Counted from the first letter of the stretch, positions 39,546-52,650 are shown. The stretch: DNA of 64,000 nucleotides from Malacoraja senta (GCA_038087875.1 CM075987.1:26104001-26168000), one strand, 5' to 3'. The notes: a model not told the origin generated them from the sequence alone. Numbers and translations: made by a program.

Positions 39546-39969
39546 GTTATTTTGGACAAACACAGCCACTGGGGTAAAATCTGATAAACACATGAAAAAA
39601 AACATGGAAAAATATTGTTTGTACAGGCTGAGGGAAAATGTGAGCTTCAAAGTGGGCCTTCAAAAACAATTTCATCCTTTACATTCATGTGAAGAATTAA
39701 TGGGGCCTCATCTGAAAACGTCATCCTTCGAGAGAGAGCAGCATCCCTTCTATCCTAACCTGTCAGCTATGATCACGAGATCAATGCAGCAGATAGACTT
39801 GAAATACCAATCATCTTCCCCAAAGGAAATAACCTTACCCATAAGGGCCACTCAAACAGGGTTTTGTCAAATCTAATGCATCATCTTGGTAAATGGGATA
39901 TCAAAGTATTGAATCTAATCCATAAAATATAGTGGGTGGTATTGTAGATAGTGAAGATGAGTGTCAAAA

Positions 39970-40790
39970 ACCCAGTCTATCCAAGTCACCTTGCAGTCTC
40001 CTAGCATCCTCCTCACAGCTAACACTGCCCCCCAGCTTAGTGTCATCCGCAAACTTGGAGATGTTGCCTTCAATTCCCTCATCCAGGTCATTAATATAAA
40101 TTGTAAATAGCTGGGGTCCCAGCACTGAGCCTTGCGGTACCCCACTAGTCACTGCCTGCCATTGTGAAAAGGACCCGTTTACTCCTATTCTTGCTTCCTG
40201 TTTGCCAGCCAGTTCTCTATCCACATCAATACTGAACCCCCAATACCGTGTGCTTTAAGTTTGTATACTAATCTCTTATGTGGGACCTTGTCGAAAGCCT
40301 TCTGAAAGTCCAGATACACCACATCCACTGGTTCTCCCTATCCCACTCTACTAGTTACATCCTCGAAAAATTCTATAAGATTCGTCAGACATGATTTACC
40401 TTTCTTAAATCCATGCTAACTTTGTCCAATGATTTCACCACTTCCAAATGTGTTGCTATCCCATCTTTAATAACTGACTCTAGCAGTTTCCCCACTACCG
40501 ATGTTAGACTAACTGGTCTGTAATTCCCCCTTTTCTCTCTCCCTCCCTTCTTAAAAAGTGGGGTTACGTTTGCTACCCTCCAATCCTCAGGAACTACTCC
40601 AGAATCTAAAGAGTTTTGAAAAATTATCACTAATGCATCACTATTTCTGGAGCTACTTCCTTAAGTACTCTGGGATGCAGCCTATCTGGCCCTGGTGATT
40701 TATCGGCCTTTAATCCATTCAATTTACCCAACCCACTTCCCGACTAACCTGGATTTCACTCAGTTCCTCCATCTCCTTTGACCCCTGGTC
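39970..40790 (-). mobile_element. CR1 internal fragment, reverse transcriptase domain (frameshifted)
   Basis: [63 protein letters not shown]. Confidence 0.92.
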
Positions 40791-40799
40791 AATGTGCAG

Positions 40800-41560
40800 T
40801 AGTATAAAGACTTTGGTGAGACCACATATAGTGTATTGTGTTTTGGTCATCATGTTACAGGAACGATGTTGTCAAGCTTGAAAGGGATCAGAGAAGATTT
40901 ACAAGGATGTTGCCATGACTCGAGGGTCTGAGCTACAGGTTGAACATGCTGGGTGGGGGTTATTCTTTGGAGTTCAGGAGGATAAGGGGCGATCCTATTG
41001 AGGCAAAATCATGAGAGGAATAGGTTGGGTAGATGCAGAGTCTTTTGCCCAGAGTAGGGGAATCGAGAACCAGGGGACATAGGTTTAAGGTGAAGGGGAA
41101 AAAGATTTCTAGACAATAGACAATAGGTGCAGGGGTAGGCCATTCGGCCCCTCGAGCCAGCACCGCCATTCAATGTAATCATGGCTGATCATTCCCAATT
41201 AGTACCCCGTTCCTGCTTTCTCCCCATATCCCCTGACTCCACTATTTTTAAGAGCCCTGTCTAGCTCTCTCTTGAAAGTATCCAGAGAACCGGCCTCCAC
41301 CGCCCTCTGAGACAGAGAATTCCACAGACTCACCACTCTCTGTGTGAAAAAGTGTTTCCTCGTCTCCGTTGTAAATGGCCTACTCCTTATTATTAAACTG
41401 TGGCCGCTGGTTCTTGCCAGGAAATGGGAACCTGAGGGTAGCTTTTTGTATACAAAGGGTGTGGAGAGTACGTACTGAGTTGCTGGAGGAGGTAGTTGAG
41501 GCAGGGACATTGAGACAAGTATATGGATAGGTAGGATTTGGAGGGATATGGGCCAATGGA
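40800..41560. mobile_element. CR1 fragments in both orientations
   Basis: VRPH..Y..W, ERDQRRFTRML (+); FFTQRVVSLWNSL (-). Confidence 0.8.
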
Positions 41561-41589
41561 GATCCAGGAGAAAACCTACGCAGCTGTGG

Positions 41590-41988
41590 GGGCGGCACGG
41601 TGGCGCAGCGGTAGAGTTGCTGCCTCACAGCGCCAGAGACCCGGGTTCGATCTTGACTACGGGTGCTGTCTGTACGGAGTTTGTACGTTCTCGCCGTGAC
41701 CTGCGTGGGTTTTCTCCGGGTTCTCCCGTTCCTCCCACATTCTGAAGACGTACAAGTTTGTCCGTTAACTGGCTTTTGGGTAAAATTTGTAAGTTGCCCC
41801 TAGCGTGTGCAGGATAGTGTGTAGTGCGCGGGGATCGCTGGTCGGCGCGGACCCGGAGGGCTGAAGGGCCTGTTTCCACGCTGTATCTCTAAACTAAACT
41901 AAACTAGACAGCGCCCGTAGTCGGGATCGAACCCGGGTCTGCGGTGCCGTGAGGCAGCAACTCTACCGCTGCGCCACCGTGCCACCCC
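41590..41988 (+). mobile_element. SINE (41590-41906) followed by an inverted SINE head (41907-41988)
   Basis: Full copy plus reverse-complement tRNA head. Confidence 0.88.
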
Positions 41989-42544
41989 GTCTGCCAGCAC
42001 ATTGGACGACCTTGCAATTCACGTCGGTGGGGACTGCCTGCAAGATGCAACTCTGTCAACAGAGACTGCGTGGAGCAAAACACTCTGGTGTAATATATTT
42101 AAACCCTGTCAGCCCCGTCTTGACATGGTGGACTGGCGGACACACTCATAACACTGCCTGCCGCAAAGAATACTGATGGGAGCAGCAAACTAACTTGGTG
42201 GACTGAGCTCACCTGAGGTAAGGTTTCTGCTTCAGGATGTGTGACAAAATAGCTTGCAGCAATATTTTAACTGCAATCACAGTGGCAAGCGAGAATTGCA
42301 GCCTTATGCCCCGGTAATGATAAACGAGGCAATGCGACGGATAAAATGAGAGTGTGGAGATTTGAAATATAGCTGAAAGATGCATCAACATGATCCAATT
42401 CCAAGTAGATTGTGGAAGCAAATCTAAAATAGAAGTACTAGGCCCGTCCAGCCTATTGATAACATTTGGTCACGTTCTCATCTGAATTCTAATTATCTGC
42501 CTTATTGCCATTATCTTTAATTAGAAAGAATGGCAGAAATTAAT

Positions 42545-42855
42545 TTAATTTAGTTTAGTTTAGAGATACAGCGCGGAAACAGGCGCTTTCGGCCCACCGA
42601 GTCCGCACCGACCAGCGATCCCCGCACACTAACACTATCCTACACACACACACACTAGGGACAATTTACATTGATACCAAGTCAATTAACCTTCAAACTT
42701 GTACGTCTTTGGAACCTGGAGGAAACCGAAGATCTCGGAGAAAACCCACGCAGGTCACGGGGAGAACGTACAGACAGCACCCGTAGTCGGGATCGGTCCC
42801 GGGTCACTGGGCCTGTTGAGGCAGCGTGTCTACCACCTACACCATTGTGCCATCC
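42545..42855 (-). mobile_element. tRNA-derived SINE
   Basis: Reverse copy. Confidence 0.85.
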
Positions 42856-43336
42856 CACTTAAAGAAGGGTTCTTTTTTTTTCTAGTCTTTTGGAACAAAT
42901 AGATTGCACATTTGTAAACGGGCATGAGCTCAGTTAAGCACCTTCCCTGTTAGTGAAAAAGTGGAATTTAATTATTATAGACAATGGGTGCAGGAGTAGG
43001 CCATTCGGCCCGTCGAGCCAGCACCGCCATTCAATGTGATCATCCCCAATCAGTACCCCGTTCCTGCCTTCTCCCCATATCCCTTGACTCCGCTATCGTT
43101 AAGAGCCCGATCGAGCTCTCTCTTGAAAGCAGTTCAGTTACAAGTGCTTTTGTAGGGAGGAACTTCAGGCAGTGTAGGCAGTTCAGTCTAGTTTATTGTC
43201 ACATGTACCGAGGTACAGTGAAAAGCTTTTGTTGCGTGCTATCCAGTCAGCGGAAAGACAATACAGCATGTGGTTACAATCGAGCCGTTTACACTGTATA
43301 AATACATGTTAAGGAAATAACGTTTAGTGCAAGGTA

Positions 43337-43697
43337 GATACATACATAGAAAATAGGTGCAGGAGTAGGCCATTCGGCCCTTCGAGCCTGCACCGCCATT
43401 CAATACGATCATGGCTGATCATCCAACTCAGTATCCCGTACCTGCCTTCTCTCCATACCCCCTGACCCCTTTAGCCACAAGGGCCACATCTAATTCCCTC
43501 TTAAATATAGCCAATGAACTGGCCTCAACTACCCTCTGTGGCAGAGAGTTCCAGAGATTCACCACTCTCTGTGTGAAAAAGTTTTTCCTCATCTCGGTCT
43601 TAAAGGATTTCCCCCTTATCCTTAAGCTGTGACCCCTTGTCCTGGACTTCCCCAACATCGGGAACAATCTTCCTGCATCTAGCCTGTCCAACCCCAT
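43337..43697 (-). mobile_element. Young CR1 3' fragment inserted in the duplicated segment
   Basis: [25 protein letters not shown]...GYGEKAGTGY intact; nearly identical to 13680-14030. Confidence 0.9.
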
Positions 43698-44660
43698 AAA
43701 CCCCGTAAAGCCAGCAAAGTCTGATCAAGGATAGTCGAGGGTCACCATTGAGGTAGATAGTGGTTCAATTGTATCAATCAGTACCCCGTTCCTGCCTTCT
43801 CCCCATATCTCCTGACTCCTCTATTTTTAAGAGCCCTATCTAGCTCTCTCTTGAAAGTATCCAAGGAACCAACCTCCACCGCCCTCTGAGGCAGAGAATT
43901 CCACAGACTCACAACTCTCTGTGTGTTTCCTCATCTCAGTTCTAAATGGCTTACCCCTTATTCTTAAACTGTGGCCCCTGTTTCTGGACTCCCCCAACTT
44001 ATTATAAATAAGTATTGGGTTATGTGGAGAAGGCAGGAGAATGGGCTTGAGAGGGAGATATAGATCAGCCATGACTGGATGGCAGAGTAGACTTGATGGG
44101 CTGAATGGCCCAATTCTGCTCCTATCACATGGACTTCTGAATTCATAAGTAAAACCATAATGTCTATCCATATATATTAAATATTGATGACTGTGTTTTC
44201 ATGGATTGGCTAGTCCCAGGATGTTCCTGTGCCAGCAAGTAAGTTCTCAAATGCTCTAACTAATGCAATTAATTTATGATAGTCTCATAATAAATTTAGT
44301 TGGATTAATAATTAGTTTGTGTTGCAAACTCTTCACAGCTGTAGAGTGCTTTAATATGAATCCGTCTGGCCTTTCAGTTGCAACAATGATAAGTGCTTTA
44401 AGAAGTGCCTCTGTATCCCCACTAATTTATCATTAAATCCAGACACAACTCATTCCCAGCGATTTACTGTGCGTAATGCAAATGGAGGAATTAATAAGTA
44501 ATACCTTGCATAATAGTGCATTTATTTTGCATGACCACTTTCTGAACTGTTTCTGATTCTGGTTTCCAAGTAGCGTGGAAACCACTATCCATACTTAGCG
44601 TGCAGGAAAGAACCGCAGATGCTGGTTTAAATCGAAGGTAGACACAAAATGCTGGAGTTA

Positions 44661-44887
44661 AGGGCCCTGTCCCACTTTCACGACCTAATTCGCGACCTCT
44701 GCCGAGTTTGCCCTTGACTCATACTCGCAGCATGGTCGTCACGAGGTCGTAGGTAGGTCGTAGCAGGCCATGATGCTAGTCGTAGGTACTCGTGGCATCA
44801 AGTAGGTCGGGCGTTTTTCTAGCACGATGAAAAATGTCCACGAGTAAAAAAGGTTGTGAATTAGGTCGTGGAAGTGGGACTGGCCCT
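44661..44887. mobile_element. PIF/Harbinger-like MITE in a PLE tail
   Basis: TIR agggccctgtcccactttcacgacctaattc / gaattaggtcgtggaagtgggactggccct; TTA/TAA flanks at the ggag-taa-ctcag site. Confidence 0.85.
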
Positions 44888-45142
44888 TAACTCAGCGGGA
44901 CAGGCAGCATCTCTGGAGAGAAGGAATGGGTAATGTTTTGGGTCGAGACCCTTCTTCAGATTCTTCAATATTTTGCAGTTGTAGGTATCTTCATGAAGTG
45001 ATTGTGCACAAATAGTCACTTGTGAAGTGGCAAGTTGTGTTTGAGTTGGGTTTATTTGTAACCAGGTATCCGACTGCCCGCAGCCGACCACGACGTTTGT
45101 TTCCCTTCTCATTGTTACTTTTCTGCATGTCTGTCATTAGTT

Positions 45143-45435
45143 TTTTAGTTTAGCTTAGAGATACAGCGTGGTAACAGGCCCTTCGGCCCACCGTGTCCGC
45201 GCCGACCAGCGATCCCCTACACACACTAGGGACATTTTACAAATCATACCTGCACCACTGCACGTCTTTGGAGTGTGAGAGGAAATCGGAGATCTCGGAG
45301 AAAACCGGCACAGGTCACGGGGAGAACGTACAAACTCCGTACAGTCAGCACCCGTAGTTTGGGGTCAAGCCCTTGGTCTCTGGCGCTGAAAGCGCTGTAA
45401 TGCGGCAACTCCAACGCCGTGCCACTGTACTGACC
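45143..45435 (-). mobile_element. tRNA-derived SINE
   Basis: Reverse copy. Confidence 0.8.
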
Positions 45436-45503
45436 CAAGTTTGTTCTCTATCTCTCCACAACACCGTCTATATCGCTCGTTTCCCTCTCCCCTGACTCTC
45501 AGT

Positions 45504-45531
45504 CTGAAGAAGGGCCTCGACCCGAAACGTC
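45504..45531 (+). ncRNA. Hammerhead-like core in a PLE tail (representative copy)
   Basis: CTGAAGA-A-GGG cctcga CCC-GAAAC-GTC. Confidence 0.45.
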
Positions 45532-45919
45532 ACCTATTCCTTCTAATAATAAAATTAGTGTTAGTTCAGTTGTGAGATGCAGTGTGGTTCCGTGCATCCT
45601 GCCATCTTCAGCAAGTGTCTGAACAACCAGCATTCAGTTTTGAGGCTGTCCAGACAAGTCTCCTGCTGACAGCAGAATGTCCTTTTTAAATAATGGAAAC
45701 ACTACAAAGTTGTATGATGTGTTGGTAGATGCAATGTGACTGCTCCTTTGCAGTTTTCTTTGCCGGAATAGTGATATTATTCTGAGCATGCCTGCAGCAG
45801 AGTAACTTAGTTTACGTAAATGCTTGGTTCAATCTGATCTGAAAGAAGTGTCTAAGGTCACGAGGGGAATAGATAAGGTGCATGCACAGAGTCTCTTAAT
45901 AGACAATAGACAATAGGTG

Positions 45920-46014
45920 TTTATCTGAAGGGTTTTTGCCCGAAACGTTGCCTATCTCCTTCGCTCCATAGATGCTGCTGCACCCGCTGAGTTTCCCCAG
46001 CATTTTTGTGTACC
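45920..46014 (+). mobile_element. Solo PLE tail insertion in a CR1 tail
   Basis: 15-bp TSD aatagacaataggtg at 45905-45919 and 46015-46029. Confidence 0.85.
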
Positions 46015-46894
46015 AATAGACAATAGGTGCTGGAGTAGGCCATTCGGCCCTTTGAGCCATTCAATGTGATCATGGCTGATCATCCCCAATCAGTACCCCA
46101 TTCCTGCCTTCTCCCCATATCCCCTGATTCTGTTATCTTTAAGAGCCCTATCCAACTCTCTCTTGAAAATATCCAGAGAACCTGCCTCCACCGCCCTCTG
46201 AGGCAGAGAATTCCACAGACTCACAACTCTCTGTGAGAAAAAGTGTTTCCTCGTCTCCGTTCTAAATGGCTTGCCCCCTTATTCTTAACAAGGGAAGCCT
46301 GGAATGTGGAATTCTCTACATGTGGAATTCTCTGACACAGAAGGCAATGGAGGCCAATTCACGGGATGTTTTCAAGAGAGAGTTAGATTTAGCTCTTCGG
46401 GCTAACGGAATCAAGGGATATGGGAAGAAAGCAGGAACGGGGTACTGATTTTTGGACGATCATATTGAATGGTGGTTCTGGCTCGAAGGGCCGATTTGGC
46501 CTACATTCCATGTTTCCATGTAAGAGAAGGGAAATCAGAAGGGAACCAGAGGAGTTAGTTTTAAAGTGAGAGAGGAAAGATTTAATGGGAATCCAAGGGG
46601 AAACCTTTTAAACACAGAGGGTGGTGGGTGTATGGAACGAGGTGCCAGATGAGGTGGTAGAGGCTGGTACTGTAACAACATTTGGACAGGTACATGGACA
46701 GGAATGGTTTAGAGGGATATGGACCAAACTCGGGCAGGTGAGACGAGGCACCTTGGTCAGCATGGGCCAGTTGGGCTGAATTGTAACATGTTCTGTTGAT
46801 ATAAATAATCAAATATGACAAACAAATAATCTTAACTCTTTAGTCTTGAAATTAGAGTCATACAGTTTAATTTCAAGACAGAAAAGTTAAGGTT

Positions 46895-47440
46895 ACTGAG
46901 CAGCTTGCACCCCAGCGGTATGAAAATTGACTTCTCTAAATTCAAGTACCCCTCTCTCTCCATCCCTCCCCCATCCTAGCTCTCTGAGTGGTTTGACTTT
47001 CCTCCGGAGTAAATTTGATCTTTGTACACTTCGTTGTCACCTTCCCCCAGCGAACATTGATCGATTCTATATTTCCCTTGAACTTCGTCCCCTTTGATCT
47101 CTCGTTTTCACACCTTACCCTTCCACATCTCTCGTTTCCCTCTCCCCTGACTCTCAGTCTGAAGAAGGACCTCTCCCATTCCTTCTCTCCAGAGGTGCTG
47201 CCTGTCCCGCTGAGTTACTCCAGCATTTTGTGTCTATCTTCGGTGTAAACCAGCGTCCGCAGTTCCTTGTGCATCGAAGGATTTGCAGACGGTGGTTTAA
47301 ATCGAAGATAGACACAAAATGCTGGAGTCTGAAGAAGGGTCTCCACCCGGAATGTCACCCATTCCTTCTCTCCAGAGATGCTGCCTGTCCCGCTGAGTTA
47401 CTCCAGCATTTTGAGTCTGTCTGCAGTTCCTTCCTACATA
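46895..47440 (+). mobile_element. PLE 3' fragments
   Basis: cagcttgcaccccagcggtatgaaaattgacttctct (end of GIY-YIG domain) plus repeated tails. Confidence 0.8.
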
Positions 47441-48304
47441 TTTGTCACATTAAGGGAAAATGAAATTCTTACTTTGGAGGAACCAAAGAACTGGTAAGAA
47501 GAAAGAAGGGGAAAAAGGAAAAAAAAAAAAGAAAAAAAAAGAAAAAGTGTTCGGCACGGACATGAAGGGCCGAGATGGCCTGTTTCCGTGCTGTAATGGT
47601 TATATGGAATGTAAAATAGAATGAGAACAGACTAAAATAGACAATAAATAGATAATAACGGCGGCACGGTGACGCAGCGGTAGAGTTGCTGCCTTACAGC
47701 GCCAGAGACCCGGGTTCAATCCTGACTACGGGTGCTGTCTTAGACCACCCTATACTTAAAATAGTTTATACCTTATACTAAATAGAGGTTATGCATTTCC
47801 TAGATATTTCTTTTATGTTTCTCTGGTGCAGTGACATTAATGCACAGATTTGCTCTTCTACTGGTTTCAATTTGTGACATTTATAAGCGGTGATTGGAAG
47901 TGTACATTATGTGTTAATGTACACGAGGAAACTTTCCACTGGAACCTGGTATCATCACCTGGAGCAGAAATGTTCACAGTACAGCAGATTTGATTTATCG
48001 TTTCAATCTACGCAGTTAATTCTGAAGCAATGCTTCATCTGTGCAAGGCCAATCTCTTTGTAACACAGACTTCAATTGAAGAATTCAGAGTCCCATTTGC
48101 AGGTGATTGAATACTGATCAGCGATCGTCTCATTTGCATACATCACAAAGATTGGTATGACTCCATCAAAGATGATTTGGCATTGTAGATTTAATTCATA
48201 AAGGAATAAATGGTTTATATTAACTCTGCAGAGAGCTGAATTTGAAACGAGCTCTCATTTCATTTTCCGTTGCATCTGAATTCTCTGCGGGTTGATTTTG
48301 CTGC

Positions 48305-48710
48305 CTCTGGAGAGGGTCCAGAGGAGGTTTATGAGTAATGATCCCAGGAATGATTGGGTTAACGTACGATGAGCGTTTGACGGCACTGGGCCTGTACTCG
48401 CTGGAGTTTAGAAGGATGAGGGGGCACCTCATTGAAACTTACTGAATAGTGAAAGGCCTGGATAGAGTGGATGTGGAGAGGATGTTTCCACTGGTGGGAG
48501 AGTCCAGGACCAGAGGTCACAGCCTCAGAATAAAAGGACGTAATTTTGAGATAGGATGAGGAGGAAATTTCTTTAATCAGGCGGGGTGAATCTGTGGAAT
48601 TCTTTGTCACAGATGGCTGTGGAGGCAAAGTCAGTGGATATATTTAAGGCAGAGATAGATAGATTCTTGATTAGTACGGGTGTCTGAGGTTATGGGGAGA
48701 AGGGCGATTA
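48305..48710 (+). mobile_element. CR1 3' fragment
   Basis: LERVQRRF..MIPGMIGLTYDERLTALGLYSLEFRRMRG. Confidence 0.88.
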
Positions 48711-49375
48711 GGAGAGAGGTAGACACAAAAAGCAGCAGTAACTCAGTGGGACAGGCAGCATCCCTGGAGAGAAAGAATGGGTGATGTTTCGGGTCGAGAC
48801 CCTTCTTCAGACTGGTTGGGGATAAGGGAAACGAGAGATATAGACGGTGATGTGGAGAGATAAAGAACAATGAATGAAAGATATGCAAAAAATAGTATGT
48901 CCTTTTATTCTGAGGCTGTGGCCTCTGGTCCTAGTCTCTCCCTAATGAAGAATCTGTCGATCTCCGCCTTAAAGATTCCCATTGATTTGGCTTCCACAGC
49001 CGTGTGTGGCATTTCTGGTGAGGACCTGTTAAAGTTCCACAACCCAGCATCGTAGGAACCAATTAGCGATGAATTAATGCTCTGGCAATCTATAGCTCGG
49101 AGAAAGGATTTCAACATTTAATAGTAATGACCAGTGAACCAGAGCTGTGGGCAGAGGCAGTTGCTTTTGCTTATAATGAGAGGCTAATGACTAAGACTAC
49201 TTCAGCTCAAAGAATGGATTTGTAGATACAATAATTATAAGTATTGCGTTGTATGACAGCATGTAAATATTTTTTTTTGCAGAGGCCAATTTATATTCTC
49301 TTTCTACTTAATTGCTTTTGGTGGAAGACTGTGATGGGAAAGGAGACACAGGTTTCCGGGGTGGAGGGCAATGAT

Positions 49376-49936
49376 CTGAAGAAGGGTCTCGACCCGAATC
49401 GTCACCCAACCCTTCTCTCCAGGAGATGCTGCCTGTCCCGCTGAGTTACTCCAGCATTTTGTGTTCCTGTTGGGACATTATCTCCTGAGTTGTAACGTCC
49501 CTCTGAAAACCGGAGAATGAATCAGATGGCAAGCAAATCACCAGCAGCGCAGAATGTGACACTGCGTGTTAAGGCCAGCAAGATTGCCACTTTAGAACCA
49601 ATAGATTAATGAATCTTGCTCCGTGGATAAACAAATTGGTAACACGTTCGTCTATCCATCAATGATGGATTTTTTTGTTGTTCTGCAGATCAGTTTGATT
49701 GAAATTTTCAGTCTCAAAGCATAACTCATGTTGCTTGATGCACTTGCATTAATCCTGTAATCTATAAGATCTGACAAGCTGAGAGACTTCACAAGGCCTT
49801 CCCTGTTATGCAACCCAATGGCCACATTAGGTCATTAATGTTCCCCATCCTGGTTCCCATTGTAATTAATTAAAGAGTGTTGGTGGAAGTTCATTAAATA
49901 CGCACCCATCAAACTGCAAAAGTAAAGAAAATATTT
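49376..49936 (+). repeat. Dispersed duplication, copy B (PLE tail plus copied flank)
   Basis: Matches 1870-2430; bracketed by gggc(a/g)atga at 49366-74 and 49944-52. Confidence 0.95.
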
Positions 49937-50620
49937 CAGACTCGGGCGATGACTGTTAATCCTACAAACTAACATGGGTCACAAGTACTTCTGTTTTTTA
50001 ACGTAACAATTTGAAATTCTCCGTCCAGTTTAGTTTAGTTTCAGGCACAAAATGCTGGAAGTAACTCAGCGGGACAGGCAGCATCTCCTGGAGAGAAGGA
50101 ATGGGTGATGTTTCGGGATTGAGACACTTCTTCAAAGTTTAGTTGAGTTTCGAGATACAGCGGGGAAACAGCCCCTTCGGCCCACCTAGTCTGCGAGTCA
50201 CGTCCAAGCAGTGCTGAACTACATCTTTAGTGACTCTCGGACTATCCTTGATCGGACTTTGCTGACTTTACCTTGCACTAAACGTTAATCTCTTATCACT
50301 GTCAATGGCTCGATTGTAATCATGTATTGTCTTTCTGCTTACTGGATAGCAAAAAAGCTTTTCACTGTACCTCTGTACACGTGACAATAAACTGACTGAC
50401 CAGCGATCCCCGCACACAAACACTACCCTCCACACACACGCATGGGACAATTTACAATTATACCGAAGCCAATTAACCTACAAACCTGTACGTCTTTGGA
50501 GTGTGGGAGGAAACCGGAGATACTGGAGAAAACCCACGCAGTTCACGGGGAGAACGTACAAACTCCGTACAGACAGCACCCGTAGACAGAATGGAACGCA
50601 GGACTCTGGCGCTGTAATAA

Positions 50621-50933
50621 AAGGCCTGTGCCACGGGCGTGCGACTCCATGCGGCAAGCGCGACCTAACCGCAAGCGGGGGCCGCGCGGAGGTCGAGTGA
50701 CGTCAAGACGGTGCGTACGGCGTCGAGGCGGTGCGCACGGCCGCCCGAATTTTTGAACACGGTCAGTATTTCGGAGCCCCGCGCGATGTCGGGACCAGCT
50801 CCGCACAACTCCATACGGCTCCCGCGATCGAAGTGGGACCGGCCCCGTGACCTCCTCGCGGCCCCCGCACGGCCCCCGCTTGCGGTTAGGTCGTGCTTGC
50901 CGCATGGAGTCGCATGCCCGTGGGACAGGCCCT
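50621..50933. mobile_element. PIF/Harbinger-like MITE in a SINE head
   Basis: ~68-bp TIR aaggcctgtgccacgggcgtgcgactccatgcggcaagc..; TAA TSD; host SINE (minus) at 50398-50970. Confidence 0.88.
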
Positions 50934-51609
50934 TAAGGCAGCAACTCTACCGCTGCGCCACCGTGCCGCCCTTTGTTTTCATAAACTTCACTCCCATGGA
51001 TTGGGAGTTAGTGCAAAGTAAGTCTACGAAACCAAAGCTGATTAGCTTCTGACTTTTAAATAAGATGAGGTGGTGAGGAGACCCTGCTGCGGTGATAATG
51101 GACAATGTTCCTTCAACCTGCAAGTACAAAACTACTGCTGTCATTTGGAACTGCATTGCATTTGGCTTTCTGCAGAATGAAACACTGCAAACTACAGATT
51201 AGAGAAGTATAGAACGAACAAATGCAAGAATGCGAAATCTTTCATTCATTTGTTCCATATCGCTCCATATCACCCTATATATATATATTATACAGAAAAA
51301 TAAATGTATTTACACCCACACACATATATAAACATATATACAGTCTGATGAAGTGTCTCCATCCGAAGCGTCACCCATTCCTTCTCTCCAGAGATGTTGC
51401 CTGACCCGCTGAGTTACTCAGCATCTTGTGTCTATCTTCGGTTTAAACCAGCACCTGCACTTCCTTCCTGAGATTTGAGATTTCTTCGATCAGACGTATT
51501 TTGTAAAGTGTTCTTTTATTTAACTCTCCAATTTTCTTTCTAAACTGACATTCTTCTGACATTTCTTTGTTGTTATATCAGGTCTTTTGGACAATTCAAC
51601 TACTTTGAA

Positions 51610-51940
51610 TGATGCACAGAGTCTCTTGCCCAGAGCAGGGGAATCGAGGACCAGAGGACATTGGTTTAAGGTGAGGGAGGAATGATTTAATAGGAATATG
51701 AGGGGGTACTCTTTTCACACAAAGGGTGGTGGGTGTATGGAACGAGCTGCCAGAGGAGGTAGTTGAGGCAGGGACTATTGCAACATTTAAGAAACACTTA
51801 GACAGGTACATGGATAGGGTGGGCTTAGAGGGATGTGGGCCAAACGCAGGCAGGTGGAAGTAGCGTAGATGGGACATGTGGGTCAGTGTGGGCAAGTTGG
51901 GCTGAAGGGCCTGTTTCCACACTGTATCACTCTATGACTC
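51610..51940 (+). mobile_element. CR1 3' fragment
   Basis: gatgcacagagtctcttgcccagag...gggcctgtttccacactgtatcactctatgactc. Confidence 0.85.
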
Positions 51941-52650
51941 GAAGTTTCTGTGCCTGTGTCCCTGTGACTCTGTGATGCTGTGACTGTGACTCTAAAGCCC
52001 CTGTCCCACTTTCACAACCTAATTGGCGACCTCTGCCGAGTTCGCCCTTGACTCATACTCGCAGCATGGTCGCCACGAGGTCGTAGGAGGTCTTCGTAAC
52101 TCTTCCTCATGCTCGTGAGTGGTCTCCGCGTACCCGTGGCATCAAGTAGTTCGCGGCGTTTTTTCAGCCTGATAAAAAATATCCACGAGTAAAAAAAAGG
52201 TCGGCATGGAAAAAATTGATACTTTTTACTCGTAGGTAGGTCGTAGTAGGCCGTGATGGTAGTCGTGGGTAGTCGTAGGTCGGTAACTGGCCCGAGGAAA
52301 AAAAAAAATTCCACTCGTAGCTAGTCGTAGTTGGTCTTAGGTGTGGAAGACTGAGGTCGAGGGGGGTCGTAGGAGGTCGTAGACATAGTCGTAGAAGGTC
52401 GTAGGAGGTCTTTTACTTCGGCGAGTCAACACGACCTTGACATTTTTTTCAACTCGTCTGTGGTCTTCTAAACTCATGGATTAGGTCGTCCAAGTGGGAC
52501 AGGCCCTTAAGACTCTGCGACTCTGTGACTCTAAGACTCTGGGGTCTCTGTGGTCTCTGTGACTCTGTGACACTGTGATGCTGTGACTCTGTGACTCTAA
52601 GACTCTGTGGCTCTAAGACTCTGTGACTCTGTGACTCTGTGACTCTATGG
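51930..52650. repeat. (gactctgt)n 8-mer array split by the MITE
   Basis: Units at 51930-51995 and 52508-52650. Confidence 0.85.
51996..52507. mobile_element. PIF/Harbinger-like MITE
   Basis: TIR agcccctgtcccactt..acctaat / attaggtcgtccaagtgggacaggccct; TAA TSD; related to 44661-44887. Confidence 0.85.

Noticed and set aside
41590..41665. tRNA genes (A/B boxes in many ggcggcacggtggcgcagcgg heads)
   Set aside because: Each continues into the SINE body and tail, with no complete cloverleaf or terminator.
42213..42423. Possible minus-strand exon (ttctattttag acceptor, CAG|GTGAGC donor, one open frame)
   Set aside because: The peptide resembles no family I recognise and has no partner exons. 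It could be chance or non-coding; RNA-seq is needed.
44170..44570. AT-rich, TAAT-rich unique tracts as conserved enhancers (also ~13020-13280 and 32100-32330)
   Set aside because: Plausible, but cannot be supported without cross-species alignment.
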